Below are positions 28,504 through 41,948 of a stretch of DNA of 64,000 nucleotides, piece by piece. Made by a program: the position numbers and the translations under genes. Below the pieces are notes generated by a model. The model saw only the letters and a program-made list of their open reading frames with translations, was not told where the DNA came from and made no database searches. The stretch's first letter is position 1. The number at the start of each line of letters is the position of its first letter. Source of the DNA: Chiloscyllium plagiosum (lineage: Eukaryota); NCBI RefSeq assembly GCF_004010195.1, contig NC_057719.1:35774684-35838683 (forward strand). Reading direction: 5' to 3'.

Positions 28504-30339
28504 CACATAGTAGCAGTGCTTTTAGATATACAGAATACAATGAAGCAGAGTTGGCCTGGCTTCTTGGAAGGGACATCATGTCTGACAGATTTACTATACT
28601 TCTTTGAGGTAACAAGCAATAGAAATAAAAGGGGAAGCAGTTACATAATACATTTGGATTTTCAGAAGGCCCGTGTTAAGGCACCGCACATTTGGCAACG
28701 TGATAGAGCCCACTGTGTTGGAGAAGTCTATTAACACAGATAGAGTTAATTCAAAGACAGAATTGGGATGAGGGGGAAACTTTCAGGATGGCAATCTGAA
28801 ACGAGCGGAGTGCCAGAGTTCAATACACCATTAGTCAATATGTTAGTGACTTGGATGGGGAAAGTGAATGCACTATAGTCAGATTTGGCAGAAAATAATG
28901 GAACCATCTAATAGACACACACACACACAGATAGCAGGGAAACTGACACTCAAAAGTGCCCAAAAAACCCATCAAAAATTAACGACAGGATCAACAAATA
29001 AGAGAAAGGTTACTTTAGTAGATGGGATAGAACAACAACATGCATGTGTAAGACAATCATGGCACTGGGTTGCCACAAACATGAGCCAAAAAAGTGTGAC
29101 ATGGCCATTAAGACTAAAAACATTTGAAAGTAAAATATCCACATCACCATCCTTTCTTGGGAAATGTCTGAAAGTTGTCAAACCCATCACTTTAAAACCA
29201 TTAATCTGGGACACTTGCTCTTCACACCATAAACTAATCACCTCTTATCTATTGGCTTACACCTCTCTTGGGGTGTAAGCCCAAATTGCTTTTGCCCCAA
29301 GAGTCATCATTAATCATAGTTATAATGCTATGGGTATATTGTAATTTATGAATGTAATAAACTTGGAAGGTGTTTCTAATTTGAATCTGTGCAATCCACA
29401 TTGCTTTCAGTGAATTAGGAATAACAATTCCACATGCAGAATGCCTGGTCACATTATGCTCCAGTATCCTTAGCTTCGAGCTACAGCTTGACCTTCATGG
29501 TGTTTGAACAACCTCGTACTAACTCAAGTTGGAAAGTAAATGCATACTATGTTTGGGAGGAGTAATGTAACACATTTGGCTCATTGGCCTTGATGGATGT
29601 CAGTAAAAGTGTCTTACAGTGGTTGAGATGAATGTGCAAGATGCCTTTGTATTTGTCAAGAGCTCAGGTCTTGACAGGCCACTTCACTCAGCTAGTAATC
29701 CAGGGGCCTGAATTAATGATCAGGAGACAGGATCATCATTTCCACAGAGGAAAGTTATCTTTACCCGGTCTGGCCTGTAGTCAACTCATAAATGGCGTTA
29801 ATTCCTAACTGCTCTCAAATGGCCTAGTAAGGCAGTGGAAAAGGGCTAAAATAGAGAACTGATGTTCAAAATTGCAAATGAGTTTGAAGATGTGGAGAAA
29901 CAACTTTCACTTGTGGGTGAGTCAAGAACAATGTAACAAACTTAAGAAAATCACAAGCAGGTAAAATATAGATGAGGAAGAAATTATTTGAATTGGTTGA
30001 AACAGTATGCTATAGCTGCCTGACACATACGAGCGTTTAAAAGGAATGGGGAGGCAAGAGATGCGGTAAAATAGGAAGTAAACTGGAGGAGGTGGTTCAT
30101 GTGAAGTACAGAACATTAGTTTCTAACTTGTATTTGTACTTTAGATTCTAAGAAATGACAGATTAAGTTGCCTTTTAGAAACCAGTGTAATATGAATCCC
30201 TGATTTACAAAAGTATACAACCACCCAAATATGATCAGGGTGACATCGAAATCCGACAACGTCCACATTACAGTACCTTCTGAAAATATTTCGCTGCAGT
30301 GTATCCTTGCGTCAAATGGGAACAGTAGATGTATGAAAA

Positions 30340-31200
30340 CGAAGACAAGCCCCGGGCGCTGCAGCAGGTAAACCAGAGGGAAAACGGACACGGGCAGAGC
30401 CCACAGCCCGGGAAAGGTAGCGGCGGGCCCCAACCTCCCCAACCCCCCCTCTCTCTCCAGTTAAACCGCTCCGAGGGCGCGAGAGCCACCTCCGGTCTCT
30501 CCTCCCCCCCCCCGGTCAATCTTTACCTCCACTTCGGCATTCTCCTGAGCGTCCTTTGTGCCGCTTTTGCCACTTTTCCCAGTTTTAGGAGGTTCCTGAA
30601 AGTGAAGAGATTAAAGCATCAGGGCGGAGTTGAGGGAAAGGGAGTTTGCCGTTTGGTGGGGGGGGGGAAGAGAGCGGTTACCGGCCGCTCCGGGGAAAGA
30701 AACCCCAAACTCCAACACCCCTCTCCCTCCGCCTCCCCAGTGGCCGAAATGTAAGATGGCCCACCGGAGGAGACGCCGGTTGTTCAGGGAGAAACACGGG
30801 CCGGTCCCCAGAGGAAAGGAAGGGGGACGGACGGCTCTGAACATCTCACCCGTCCCTCCCGGTTCGGCCCCGGCAAACAGAGCATTCCCCGCCCGCCGCA
30901 GCTTCCTTCGGCCACCCTCACCTTGTCTTTCTTGTTTTTATTGGGCATGTCCAGTACGGACAGTCGCTCGGTCTCAGCGCCGCTGTTCCCGGTGCCAGAC
31001 CCGGATCCGGACCCCGACGCCGTTTGCCTTTCCTCAGCCGCCGCCACCGCCGCCTGCTCAGCACTGAATGCCATTGGTCACTCAGACACACGTGACCTAA
31101 TCTCCAGGGGCTCGAGGCAGTTTGACCAGGACACGCTGCAAAAGTTCTCACACTGAAGTGGTAGGCTCTGCCACCCGGCTCAGAGTCTACGTGCTCCAGT
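30340..31200 (-). promoter_or_regulatory. CpG island / promoter and 5' UTR of PPP2R5C
   Basis: Only strongly GC- and CpG-rich non-repeat stretch in the window. CCAAT box (ATTGG 31073-31077) and GTCACGTG E-box (31089-31096) lie just upstream of a GCG-repeat-rich leader. Confidence 0.8.
30922..30948 (-). CDS. PPP2R5C: First coding exon of PP2A regulatory subunit B' gamma (B56-gamma, long N-terminal isoform)
   Basis: Minus strand ATG CCC AAT AAA AAC AAG AAA GAC AAG = MPNKNKKDK, directly followed by donor GTGAGG, inside a CpG island. Matches the remembered N-terminus MPNKNKKEK of vertebrate PPP2R5C (paralogue PPP2R5D starts MPYKLKKEK). Only 9 codons are available. Confidence 0.8.
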
Positions 31201-34049
31201 GCATTGCTCCCCCACCAGCTCATTATTTATCCCACTCAGGACCCGCTAACTATCAGCACAGTTTCAGATCCCTCCCGTCCACCAAAATGCTGCGACCCCC
31301 ACACCCCGACTTCTAGCAGCCTCAACCACTTTCCAGTTGTTCAGCCACATAACACAATCAATTACTACCTTCCCTCCACTTTACTGTCCACCCACCCCCA
31401 AGCCTGCAGGACTCGCTTACATATAAGATGCAGCAGCAGGTGGGATTGGCATACCTTCATCTCCTGAACCCTTTGGAGAAGTGGTTGTAAATTCCTGGGC
31501 TGGCAGAGACTGCAGAGGGCTTTGCAGCTGGTATCACTGAAATCATTCAGATTGATTGTGTATTACTATCTTATGCACCTTCTCAAATCGAATACTCCAT
31601 CGTCCTGATTTAGGTTCTGGAATACATTAACTAGGCATGCAATGAAGGTATGTTCAATTGAAGCATTCAAAAGGAAAGTGGACTGTACCTTTAAAAGAAT
31701 GAATGTGAAGAGTGATGGGAAGAAGGCAGGAGAACTGTACTTAAGTTACTCTTTCAGAAGGAATGCAAACACAATTAATGTCCCCTCTGTAACAGTTCTG
31801 TGACTTTTTTCTATTCATGCCCACAGAATGTGGGCATCACTGGTTAGGCCAGCAAATATTGTTGATTTGAGAATGTGATGAAGAACATTTCTTTACCACT
31901 GCAGGCAGACCAAGGAGACCAGGTACACCTGCAGTGATATTAGGAAAGAGTTCCTGGACTTTGATCCAGAGACAGAGAAAGAATGCATTGTAGCTCTTTC
32001 AGTCACTGCTCACAGATGATGTGAAGGAGGGAGGATTACTCCCTACATGAATGTGGCCTTCTATTGAAAACCCTCTTCCTCTTCTCTTTAAAAACTCTGT
32101 GAATGAGAGTAGGCTTTCTGCTCAGAAGTTATCAAACTGCATTGATCTTGAAGAAGTCCAGTTCCATCCCTTCCAACTACAATAACTTTTCAGGACTCCT
32201 CCAAAAGCATTTAACATAGTACATTCACTAATACTGCAGCAGCATTAAAAGTCTTAAGCATCTCACTTGAAAGTTGCATGTTGATATCTTTAACTTGCTT
32301 GTGGCAGAGAATGATTGAGTACAGGTTCAGTGCATTAATTGGACTTGCAAAACTCAAAGACAGCAGGTCAGGTGCCTAATCGATGTTTGATACAGTATAA
32401 TCGTAATCTGCCAACCCTGCATGCTTCCAGCCTATGCACGGCATGCATACTCACTGGCAGCCTTCGAAGCAGGACAAGCTGTGTGAGCTATGCCAAAAGT
32501 GGTGAGAAACAGAGCGATTTTTAATTTCAGAACACCAAATTCCCACATCACCAAAACCAGGAACAATTAGGATTCTAATTTTACCACTTTCTTATTTTAG
32601 CAGGGAAACAAGTGAGGAATCATACAAGTGACGAGCAACTTAAATATACTCCCAAAACTCTTGAAAGAACATCATGCAAACATGGGCACAGAATTCACAA
32701 TTCTTAGCCAAAAATAAATTCCCTCTGAGAATGTTTTATGTCCTTTGACGCTTGAGAAGTTTGACTTTGAGAGGTTTGAAAAATCACATAAAACAAAATT
32801 GTATAACACAGTTCACCCAGTTCATGTCTTCATTTTTAGAAAAGTAGCAATAATCGGTGATGGTTTTAGAACTTAAAAAGTGCTAAAAATAATCAAATCA
32901 CTGAAGATAAATGGTGTTTTTAGGGGCTCAAACTCACAGCAAAGCTCTGCTTTTTCTCCACAATCCTGTGAGATCTGCTGAGTTTGTCCAGCAATTTCTG
33001 TTTCTTTTTGTCTAGATCTTCAGCATCTGTAGTACTTTGCTTTTTATTAGTCTAGTAAACATGCTTTGAACTGCTTTCAATATACTTATATCCTTCCTTA
33101 AATAGGAAGGCCAATACTGTACTCTAGATGTGTTTCCACCAGTATCATATACAACTGAAGCATAACCTTCCTGTCAGTATATTCAATTTCCCTCATAATA
33201 AATCATAGCATTCTGTTAGATTTCCTCATTATTGTTGTACCTGCATGTTAGCCTTAAACGATTAATGTACCAGGACATATAGATGCCTTTGCATCTCAGA
33301 GCTCCGACACAGATAAGGCAAGGCTAAAGGGAAGGGGATCATCTATACAGTAATCAAAATAGAGGGCAGAGATCATGCTCAGAACATGTTGACCTCAATA
33401 TTGAGTCTTAGTGTGCCTAAGTGGAAAATGAGATGGTGTTCCCTCAGCTTGCATTGGGCTTTGCTAGAACATTATAGCAGGCCCAGAACAGAAATGTTAG
33501 CATGGGAGCAAGATTATTTATTAAAATGGCAAGCAACTGAAAGGTCAGAGTCATTCTTAGGAAAGAGTGAAGGTGTTCTGCAAAGTGATCATCCAATTTC
33601 TGTTTGGGCTCACCAATGTAAAGGAGTTATATTAGGAGTACCAAATGCATTACACCAATGTAAAGGAGACTGCATTATGACTAGCGAATACAGTAGACAA
33701 AATTGAAAGATGTGTAAGTAAAATACTGTTTCACCTGGAAGTTGTGTTTGGAGCCTTGAAATATAAGGAGGCAGGAGGTGAAAGGGCAAGTTATGTCTTC
33801 TGCAATTACATAGAGAAATGCCATGCAGTATTGGGGTGGGTGAGGGGCAGGGGTGGTGATGGATGGCATGCTGAGGAAATGTTAGAATAGTGGACTAGAG
33901 TGTGGCAGAGGGAATGGTCAGGGTGGAATTCTGACAACAGAGGGGAGGGGAAGATATCTTTGTTTGGTGATGTTAACCTGCTGGAGATGGTGGAAAAGGC
34001 AGGGGATGATTGTTTAAAATGGACCCATTTTCATGTGTTTTATTATCAT

Positions 34050-34330
34050 TGAATCCCTACCATGTGGAAACAGGACCTTTGCGCCAACTAGTCCACACGA
34101 ACTCTCTGAAGAATAACCCATCCAGACCCATTCCCCCTACCCTACACATTCCTGAACACTATGGGCAATTTAGCATGGCCAATTCACTTCACCTGCACAT
34201 CTTTGGACTGTGGGAGAAAACCGGAGCACCCGGAAGAATTCCACGCAGACAGTCACCCGAGGCTGGAATTGAACCTGGGTCCCTGGTGCTGTGAGGCAAC
34301 AGTGCTAACCACTGAATTACCATGCCACCC
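34050..34330 (-). mobile_element. HE1-like SINE
   Basis: Same body as the other copies, B box GGTTCAATTCC on the minus strand. Preceded by a degraded minus-strand PLE fragment at ~33400-34010. Confidence 0.75.
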
Positions 34331-35156
34331 CAGTTTGCTATGTCTAAATGGTTTTTGATGCACTGCAGCAATCATCAAGGTTATTTCATAGTCATTCCCC
34401 AGTCCTGTGACCCCAAAATAAGGAAAAACAAAACTAACATTGTTGTGAGACAATCATCAGATCCAAATTGCCTTTCAAGTCAAAAACGTTGTTTTTGCAA
34501 TTTCTTTCTTGTCAATTGGTCAATATAAATGAAATTCTCTACCTAATTTAGCTTGGTGGACAAGTTTCACTGACACTCAAATTATTAACAGATAACCAGA
34601 TGGATTTTTTTTCAAGACTCTTAAGGTTTGTAATTAGATAAAGAAATTGCTTACATTGGCTGGTGAGACAGCAACAGGAAGGTACTTATTTAAGATGCCT
34701 GCAAAGAAATTAAACAAGTTTGAAGAAATTTCCCTGCAGAGCATGTGTTGAAAAGGTGGAATTATGTCAAAAGCTGTTGTTGAGTCAGAGCAGATCTTCA
34801 TAGTCCTCACCTTAATGAGGTATATTGCCATTATTCCACTGTAGTTGTGTCAAAACTTTTTTTATTCATTCACAGAATTGGATGTCACTGGCCAGGCCAG
34901 CATTTATTATCCATCCCTAATTGGACTAAGTGTCAACCACATTGCTGTGATTCTGGAGTCACATGTAGACTAGACCAGGCAAGGATAGCAGTTTCCTTCT
35001 GAAAAGGACATTAGTGAACCAGATGAGTTTTTCCTGATAATTGTTTCATGTTCATCATTAGTCTTTAGATATTTATTGAATTAAAATTCTACCATCTACT
35101 ATGGATTGATTCGAAACCAAGTCCCCAGAATATTACCAGGATCTCTGGATTAATAG

Positions 35157-37185
35157 GACAAAGTGAGGACTGCAGTTGCTGGAGATCAGAGTCCAAGACC
35201 TCCACCAAGACTTTTGGTTCGACGGCCCTCTACGCCTTATCTTCACCAAGGACATCCAGTCCCTGTATGTATCTAACTGCCATGACAAAGGCCTCCAAGT
35301 CCTCTGTTTCTTCCTCTCATGCCGTCCAACCAGTACTCTTCCACTGACACTGTCATCGACTTGGCTGAACTGGTCCTCACCCTTAACAACTTCTCCTTCC
35401 AATTCTCCCACTTTCTCCAAACCAAGAGGGTGGCCATGGGTCCCAGCTATGTCTGTCTCTTTGTCAGGTACATAGAACAGTCCATCTTCTGCAGCTACAC
35501 TGGCACCATCCCCTCCCTTTTCCTCCACTACATCGATGACTGTGTTGGCGCTACTTCATGCTCCCATGAGGTTGAACAGTTTATCAACTTCACTAACAAC
35601 TTTCATCCCAACCTCAAATTCACCTGGACCATCTCAGACACCTCTCTCCCCTTCCTGGACCTCTCCATCTCCATCACCAGTGACCAACTAACCACAGACA
35701 TCTACTACAAAACCACTGACTTCCACAGCTACCTGGACTACAACTCCTCCCACCCTGCCTCCTGTAAAAATGCCATCCCTTATTCCCAACTCCTCTACCT
35801 CCACCACACCGTGGGCGGCACGGTGGCACAGTGGTTAGCACTGCTGCTTCGCAGCGCCAGAGACCCGGGTTCAATTCCCGACTCAGGCGACTGACTGTGT
35901 GGAGTTTGCACGTTCTCCCCGTGTCTGCGTGGGTTTCCTCTGGGTGCTCCGGTTTCCTCCCACAGTCCAAAGATGTGCAGGTTAGGTGAATTGGCCATAC
36001 TAAATTGCCCGTAGTGTTACGTAAGGGGTAAATGTAGGGGTATGGGTGGGTTTCGCTTCGGCGGGTCAGTGTGGACTTGTTGGGCCGAAGGGCCTGTTTC
36101 CACACTGTAATCTAATCTAATCTGTTCCCAGGATGACCAGTTCTACCATAGAAAATCCCAGATGGCCTCCTTCTTCAAAGACAGCAATTTCCTATGTGGT
36201 CAACGATGCCCTCAAATGCACCTCCTCCATTTCCTTCACCTCTGCCCTTGAACCCGACCCCTCCCAACGCAACAAAGACAGAACCCGTCAGTCTTTACCT
36301 TCCACCTCACCAACGTCTGTATACATTGCATCATCCTCCGCCAATTCCACCATCTACAAATAGACCCCATCACCCTGGATAGATTTCCCTCCCCAGCCCT
36401 ATCAGCGTTTCAGAGAGACCATTCCATCCGTGTATCCCTTGTCAGATCCTAGACCCCCACCAGCCTACACCCCATTCCTGGCACCTTCCCTTGCCACCGC
36501 AAGAGGTGCAAAACCTGTGTCTCCATCTCCACCCTCACCTCTGTCCAAGGCCCCAAAGATCTTTCCACACCCGATAGAAATTTACCTGTACTTCCACTAA
36601 TATCATCTACTGTATCCATTGCACCCGATGTGGTTCCCTGTACATTGGGGGACAGGACGCCAATTTGTGGATTGTTTCAGAGAACATCTCTGGAACACCC
36701 GCACCAACCAACCCCACTGTCCGTGTCTGAACACTTCAACTCCCCCTCCCACACTACCAAGGTCCTGGGCCTCCTCCATCGCCAAACCCTAACCACCCAA
36801 TGGTTGGAGGAAGAATGCCTCATATTCTGCCTTGGTACCCTGCAACCACAGGGGATCAATGTGAATTTCACCAGTTTCCTCATTTCCCCTCCCCCCACCT
36901 TAACCCAGTCCCAAACCTCCAACACGGCACCGCCCTCTTGACCTGTCCATCTCTTTCCCATCTATCCACTCCATCTTCCTCTCCTGCCTACTACCTTCTG
37001 CTCCACTTCATCTACCCATTGCATTCTCAGCTACCTTCCCCCCCAGCCCAACCCCCCTCCCATTTATCTCTCATCTCCCCGGCCCACAAGCCTAAGTGCT
37101 GATGAAGGGTTTATGCCTGAAATGTCAATTCACCTGCTCGTCAGATGCTGCATAACCTGCTGTGCTTTTCCAGCACCACACTCTC
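35157..37185 (+). mobile_element. Penelope-like retroelement, 5'-truncated RT + GIY-YIG
   Basis: LAELVLTLNNFSF...LQTK.VAMG..YIDDC..FHPNLKFT..LPFLDLSI..DIYYK.TD.HSYLDY.SSHP, then C.RC..C and YCIHCTRCG.LYIG. Flanked by 16-bp direct repeat ATCTCTGGATTAATAG (35141-35156, 37186-37201). Confidence 0.9.
35813..36123 (+). mobile_element. HE1-like tRNA-derived SINE inserted in the PLE
   Basis: A box TGGCACAGTGG (35824-35834), B box GGTTCAATTCC (35868-35878), CR1-like tail ending (TAATC)n. Retains many CpGs, so probably young. Confidence 0.85.
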
Positions 37186-40140
37186 ATCTCTGGATTAATA
37201 GCTTAGTGACAATACCACTAGGCCATCACTCCCTAAGAGTGCTGTGAATGTGCCTATACCATAAAGACTACAGGTATTCAAGAAAGTGGCTCACTAACCT
37301 TCTCAAGTGGTTAGAATTAGGCAATAATCACTGGCCAGTGATTCTCACTTTATGAAAAAAAAACAAGAAAAATTCCATGAGTGAACATTGGGAAAATTAT
37401 GAATGCACAGTCTCCAACTTCCTTTTAGGTGGTTAAGATGGATGGGATACATTGCCAGAGTTAAGAACTTTGCAAACATGTATCAACAACAATTCTACAT
37501 ATGAGCATAGGAATTAGATCATTTGGCCCTCAAGCCTGCACTGCTATTCAATAAATTTGTGGCTGATATTTTGGTGTTTCGAATTCCCATCCACGCCCAA
37601 TAACCTTTGATTCCCTTGCCTAACAAGAATCTATCTATCTCCCTGTTTAAAAATATCCAATGACCCCACCTCCACCACCTTTTAAAGCAGAGAATTCTGA
37701 AGCCATACAACAACCCCCCCCACCCCTGCCAACTCACCCACTGAGAAAAATAATCTCACTTTTGCCCTACCTGTAATTTTAAAACATTGCCCCTTAGTTC
37801 TGGATTCACCCATCAGAAAAAAATATCTATTTAATGTCCACCTCAAGACCATTCAGGATCTTATATAAAATTAGATAGTAGTTTAAAAAATATCAATATT
37901 AAATAATTAGGGGTAAACAAGAATGTGGTGAGATTAGGTGGTTTAGGTTGAGGAGAACATTGGTAAAACCTTATTAAATGGTCTGGAGGGTTGCAACATT
38001 CTGTGGTTGTACATAGCCATCGGAAAGAAATGCAAGCATTATATAATTGGATTAACCTAGAATTGAAAAGATTTCAGTGGCAAAGGATATCAAGCTGTCA
38101 TCCTGTCCCCAAATCGTGTTTATATAGTTTCACTTGGACTTAGGAAACGTGTATTGGAAAGCTATTCAGGAGCAACTTTCCAGAGATGATCTGTAGAAGG
38201 CAATATGGAACTGAAAAGATTTGTTAGAAGTTACAATAAAATGTATTTTTCTGTAGTTATAACTGATAAGCTCACTAAAATGCAGGTATGGGTTGTGCAG
38301 TAATTCATTGTGCACGTTTCAGTGCAGTAGTGGTGCCGTATAGTGGGCAGATCATGTATTGCATTTACTGACATGGAAGAGTGAAACGCCATTGATTATC
38401 TCTGCCAAGAAACCCTCTTCTTTCAATGAACTAATAACATTCACTGTTAATGAAACAATGGTGTGTTCACATAATATTTACTTACTGTCAATAAACATGA
38501 TTATATCTGAAAGGAGACCAGCTGCAGTAACCAGTGCTGTAAGCTGCATAAAGGTATACATTTATTACTTGCGCTTCACATAATTGAATTTTAATCATCT
38601 CTGTAACCTGCAATTGTAATTGAGAGTGAACAGATTCTTTAAATTAAGTCACAAAGGTGAAGAGCCAAACCCCATAGTGCAGTCACTGCACAGCTTTATA
38701 AGTATACATTAGAAAGTAATGATTAAGTAAAGGTAATTCGGATTTTAAAAGCCTGAATTTTCTAAGATGAGGGAAAGAATAAGGCAATAACATTTTGAAA
38801 TCATTGAAGTAAAATGTCAGGAGGAGAAAATGAATTTTAAGGTGGTACAATTATAAGTTAAAAGGAAAAAAGCAAACAAAGAAAAAGAGAAAAGTGCTGA
38901 CTATTAGCATGTCAACAAATAAATTATGGCAAGTATGCTTTTAATGTAAAATAGAGGAAAAAGCGTGAGATTAGTGAAAATGACAAACATTTTTATATTC
39001 TGATCAAGAATGTGAGAAAGGCATTATAAAAGCTTCACCAGGTCCTAGAGGAACATTGATCATTGTAGTCTTGGGAAAAGTTTGGTTTAATAGAAATTAT
39101 TGACAGTTGGAAAAAAATAAGTACAGTATTTGGCACAGAAGTGGAAATCAAGCTTCTTGGAGCATTCTTTAGTAATAGATATTTGCCTTTCCTTTGAATT
39201 CAGCTTTAATTTCTTTGTATTATTAAAGATATGTTCTGTGATAGATGCTAACACATGTTTTACATAGGGTCATTAGGACTTTACAGACTAAAGCTCTGCA
39301 ACTGAATGTGCCGTGTTGGATAATTTAAGAATCATTAAAGTATTTACATAAAATCTAACTTGAAGACAGTGGGTTTTGTTTAGGTTGTTAGTATACTTAA
39401 AAATGGTGATGTTTGTAACCGTGCAAAATTGTCTTTATCCTTTGCTAAAAAAGAAGTGAAACTCATTGATTAGTTTGAAATGAATCCTTCAAGTTTACAG
39501 ATTGATCTTTAAGGCTAAATACTCTAAATAAATTTAATGGAATAAAATAGAACAATTTGAGATACCCAACATTATAGAGATCCATATGATATTAAATAAT
39601 TTTAATAAATAGTAATTAATTACTAAGCCATTTGAAAATAAAACAAATCCATCAGCAAATCAATAATTGACCTCAAGTGATTCTATTGAGTTATATATTA
39701 CTAACTAACAAATAAATATTAACAATAATAACACGGGTTATGTATTGCGATTGTGATTTATGGCAAGTTGTGGACAGTGAGTGCATACCTGATGACCCCA
39801 CAAACAGGAAATGTCTCTGTGAACTAGAGTCTCTCCAAGGCAGAATAATGTATATTTGTTGAGCTACATCACCTATAACACATTGCCAGCAACTTGGTAT
39901 GTCTTCTTAAACAGTGAATGTCAAGCTGTCTCCCTCTACCTTTCATTCTCACCCCACTTATGGAGTTCAACTTTTTTATTCATGTACTCTAATGAGGTCT
40001 AAGGCCAAGTAACCCTGGCAGAATACAAGAGAAGACTGATAGGATGGTAATTGGGCAAATGGAATACATCTCCCATGTTTGTCAGCTGGACATACCTGAA
40101 CAATTTTCCACATTGTTGGCTACATACTATCAGCCTTATT

Positions 40141-41450
40141 GGGATAAAGTGAGGACTGCAGATGCTGGAAATCAGAGTCGAGAGTGTGGTGCTGGAAAAG
40201 CACAGCAGGTCAGGCAGCATTCGAGGAGCAGGAGAATCGACGTTTCGGGAATAAGCCCTTCATCAGGAATGAGGTTTGTGGACCAGGAGACTGGGAGATA
40301 AATGGGTGAGCGGGGAGGTTGGGGGAAGGTAGCTGAGAATGTGATAGGTAGATGATGGTGAGGGAGAAAGTGATAGGTTGATGAGGGGGGTGGAGCAGAT
40401 AGATGGGAAAGGTGATGGACAGGTCAGGAGGGCAGTGTTGAGTTGGAGGCTTGGGACTGGGATAATATGGGGGGCAAGGGAAATGAGAAAATAGTTGAAA
40501 TCCACATTGATCCTGTACAGTTGCAAAGTCCCAAGCTGGAATACAAGGCATCCTTCCTCCAGGCATCGGGTGGTAATGGTTTGGCGATGGAAGAGGCCTA
40601 GGACCTGCATGTCCTTGGCGGAGTGGAAGGGGGAATTAAAAGGTTCAGCCACGGGGCAGTGGGGTTGGTTGGTGCGGTTGTCCCAGAGATGTTCTCTGAA
40701 ACGATCTGCAAGTAGACGTCCTATCTCCCCGATGTAGAGGAAACCCCATCAGGTGCAACAGATAGATGACATTGGTGGAGGTACAGGTACTTTGTCTCCG
40801 TCCAAGGCCCCAAAGGACCCTTCCACATCCGACAGAAATTTGCCTCTACCTCCAACAATGTCACCTACTGTATCCATTGCACCCGGTGTGGTTTCCTGTA
40901 CGTCGGGAGACAGGACACCTACTTGCGCATCGTTTCAGAGAACATCTCTGGGACACCCGCACCAACTAACCCCACAGCTCCATGGTTGAACACTTCAACT
41001 CCCCCTCTCACTCCTTCAAGGACATGCAGGTCCTGGGCATCCTCCATCGCTAAACTTTTACCACCCGTTCTGGAGGAAGAATGCCTCATATTCTGCCTTG
41101 GGACCTGCAATCACATGGGACCAATGTGGATTTCACCAGTTTCCTCATTTCACCTCCCCCTACATTATACCAGTCCCAAGCCTCCAACTTGACACTGCCC
41201 TCCTGACCTGTCCAAAACCTTTCCCCTCTATCCGCTCCAACCTCCTCTCTGATCTATTACCTTCTCCCTCACTTTCATCTACCTATGGCATTCCCAGCTA
41301 CCTTCCCCCCAACCTCACCCCCCCTCCCATTTATCTCTCAGCCTCCTAGCCGACAAGCCTCATTCCTGATGAAGGGCTTATTCCCGAAATGTCGATTCTC
41401 CTGCTCCTTGGATGCTGCCTGACCTGCTGTGCTTTTTCAGCACCACACTG
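40141..41450. mobile_element. Inverted pair of PLE 3' halves
   Basis: Minus-strand GIY-YIG end (40141-~40785) joined to plus-strand GIY-YIG end (~40790-41450). Flanked by TCAGCCTTA at 40130 and 41451. Confidence 0.85.
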
Positions 41451-41948
41451 TCAGCCTTACCATACTGGAACAGCTTGACAAGAAGTGCAGCAAAATCTTT
41501 TGTTATTATTCAATCTTGGGATGTTGATACTATTAGCTATACCAGAATTTGCTGCTCGTCACTAATTAGTGTTCAGAAGGAAGGGCTGAGCTGCCTTCTT
41601 CAATTACTGTGTGTACTAAATATACAGCTGCAATGCTGTTAGGAAGGGAATTACAGGATCTTGGTTCAGTGACAGTAATGTAAATACAGGTCAGGATCAT
41701 GCGTGACTTGGAAGGAAACCTGCAGATGATGATGTTCCCTTGTGTCAGCTGTGCTTGATCTTCCATGTGGTGGAGGTCATGGGTTTGAGTGGTATTCTTG
41801 TAGAATTCAGTGGCGAGATGTTGCAGCACATAGTGCAAATGATACATGCTGCTTGTCACTGTGCATCGATGAGTTGGTGAGAATTTAAGGTGTTCAATGA
41901 AGTGGCATTCAAGTGAGCTGTTCTGTTCTGCATGTCATTTAGTTGCAA

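Larger units (their letters stand above)
22850..28900 (+). mobile_element. Older CR1 (22850-23520 and 28510-28900) split by the near full-length CR1
   Basis: KSSRPDVIHPNILKEVATEIVD..IFQESL on the left. Collinear continuation SCLTDLLYFFE..LDFQKA on the right. Confidence 0.7.

Noticed and set aside
30116..31470. Many overlapping long ORFs around the CpG island
   Set aside because: Expected from stop-codon scarcity in GC-rich DNA. No recognisable domains apart from the MPNK exon.
35813..35890. tRNA-like sequence with A and B boxes
   Set aside because: It is the head of an HE1-like SINE repeated elsewhere in the window, not a tRNA gene.
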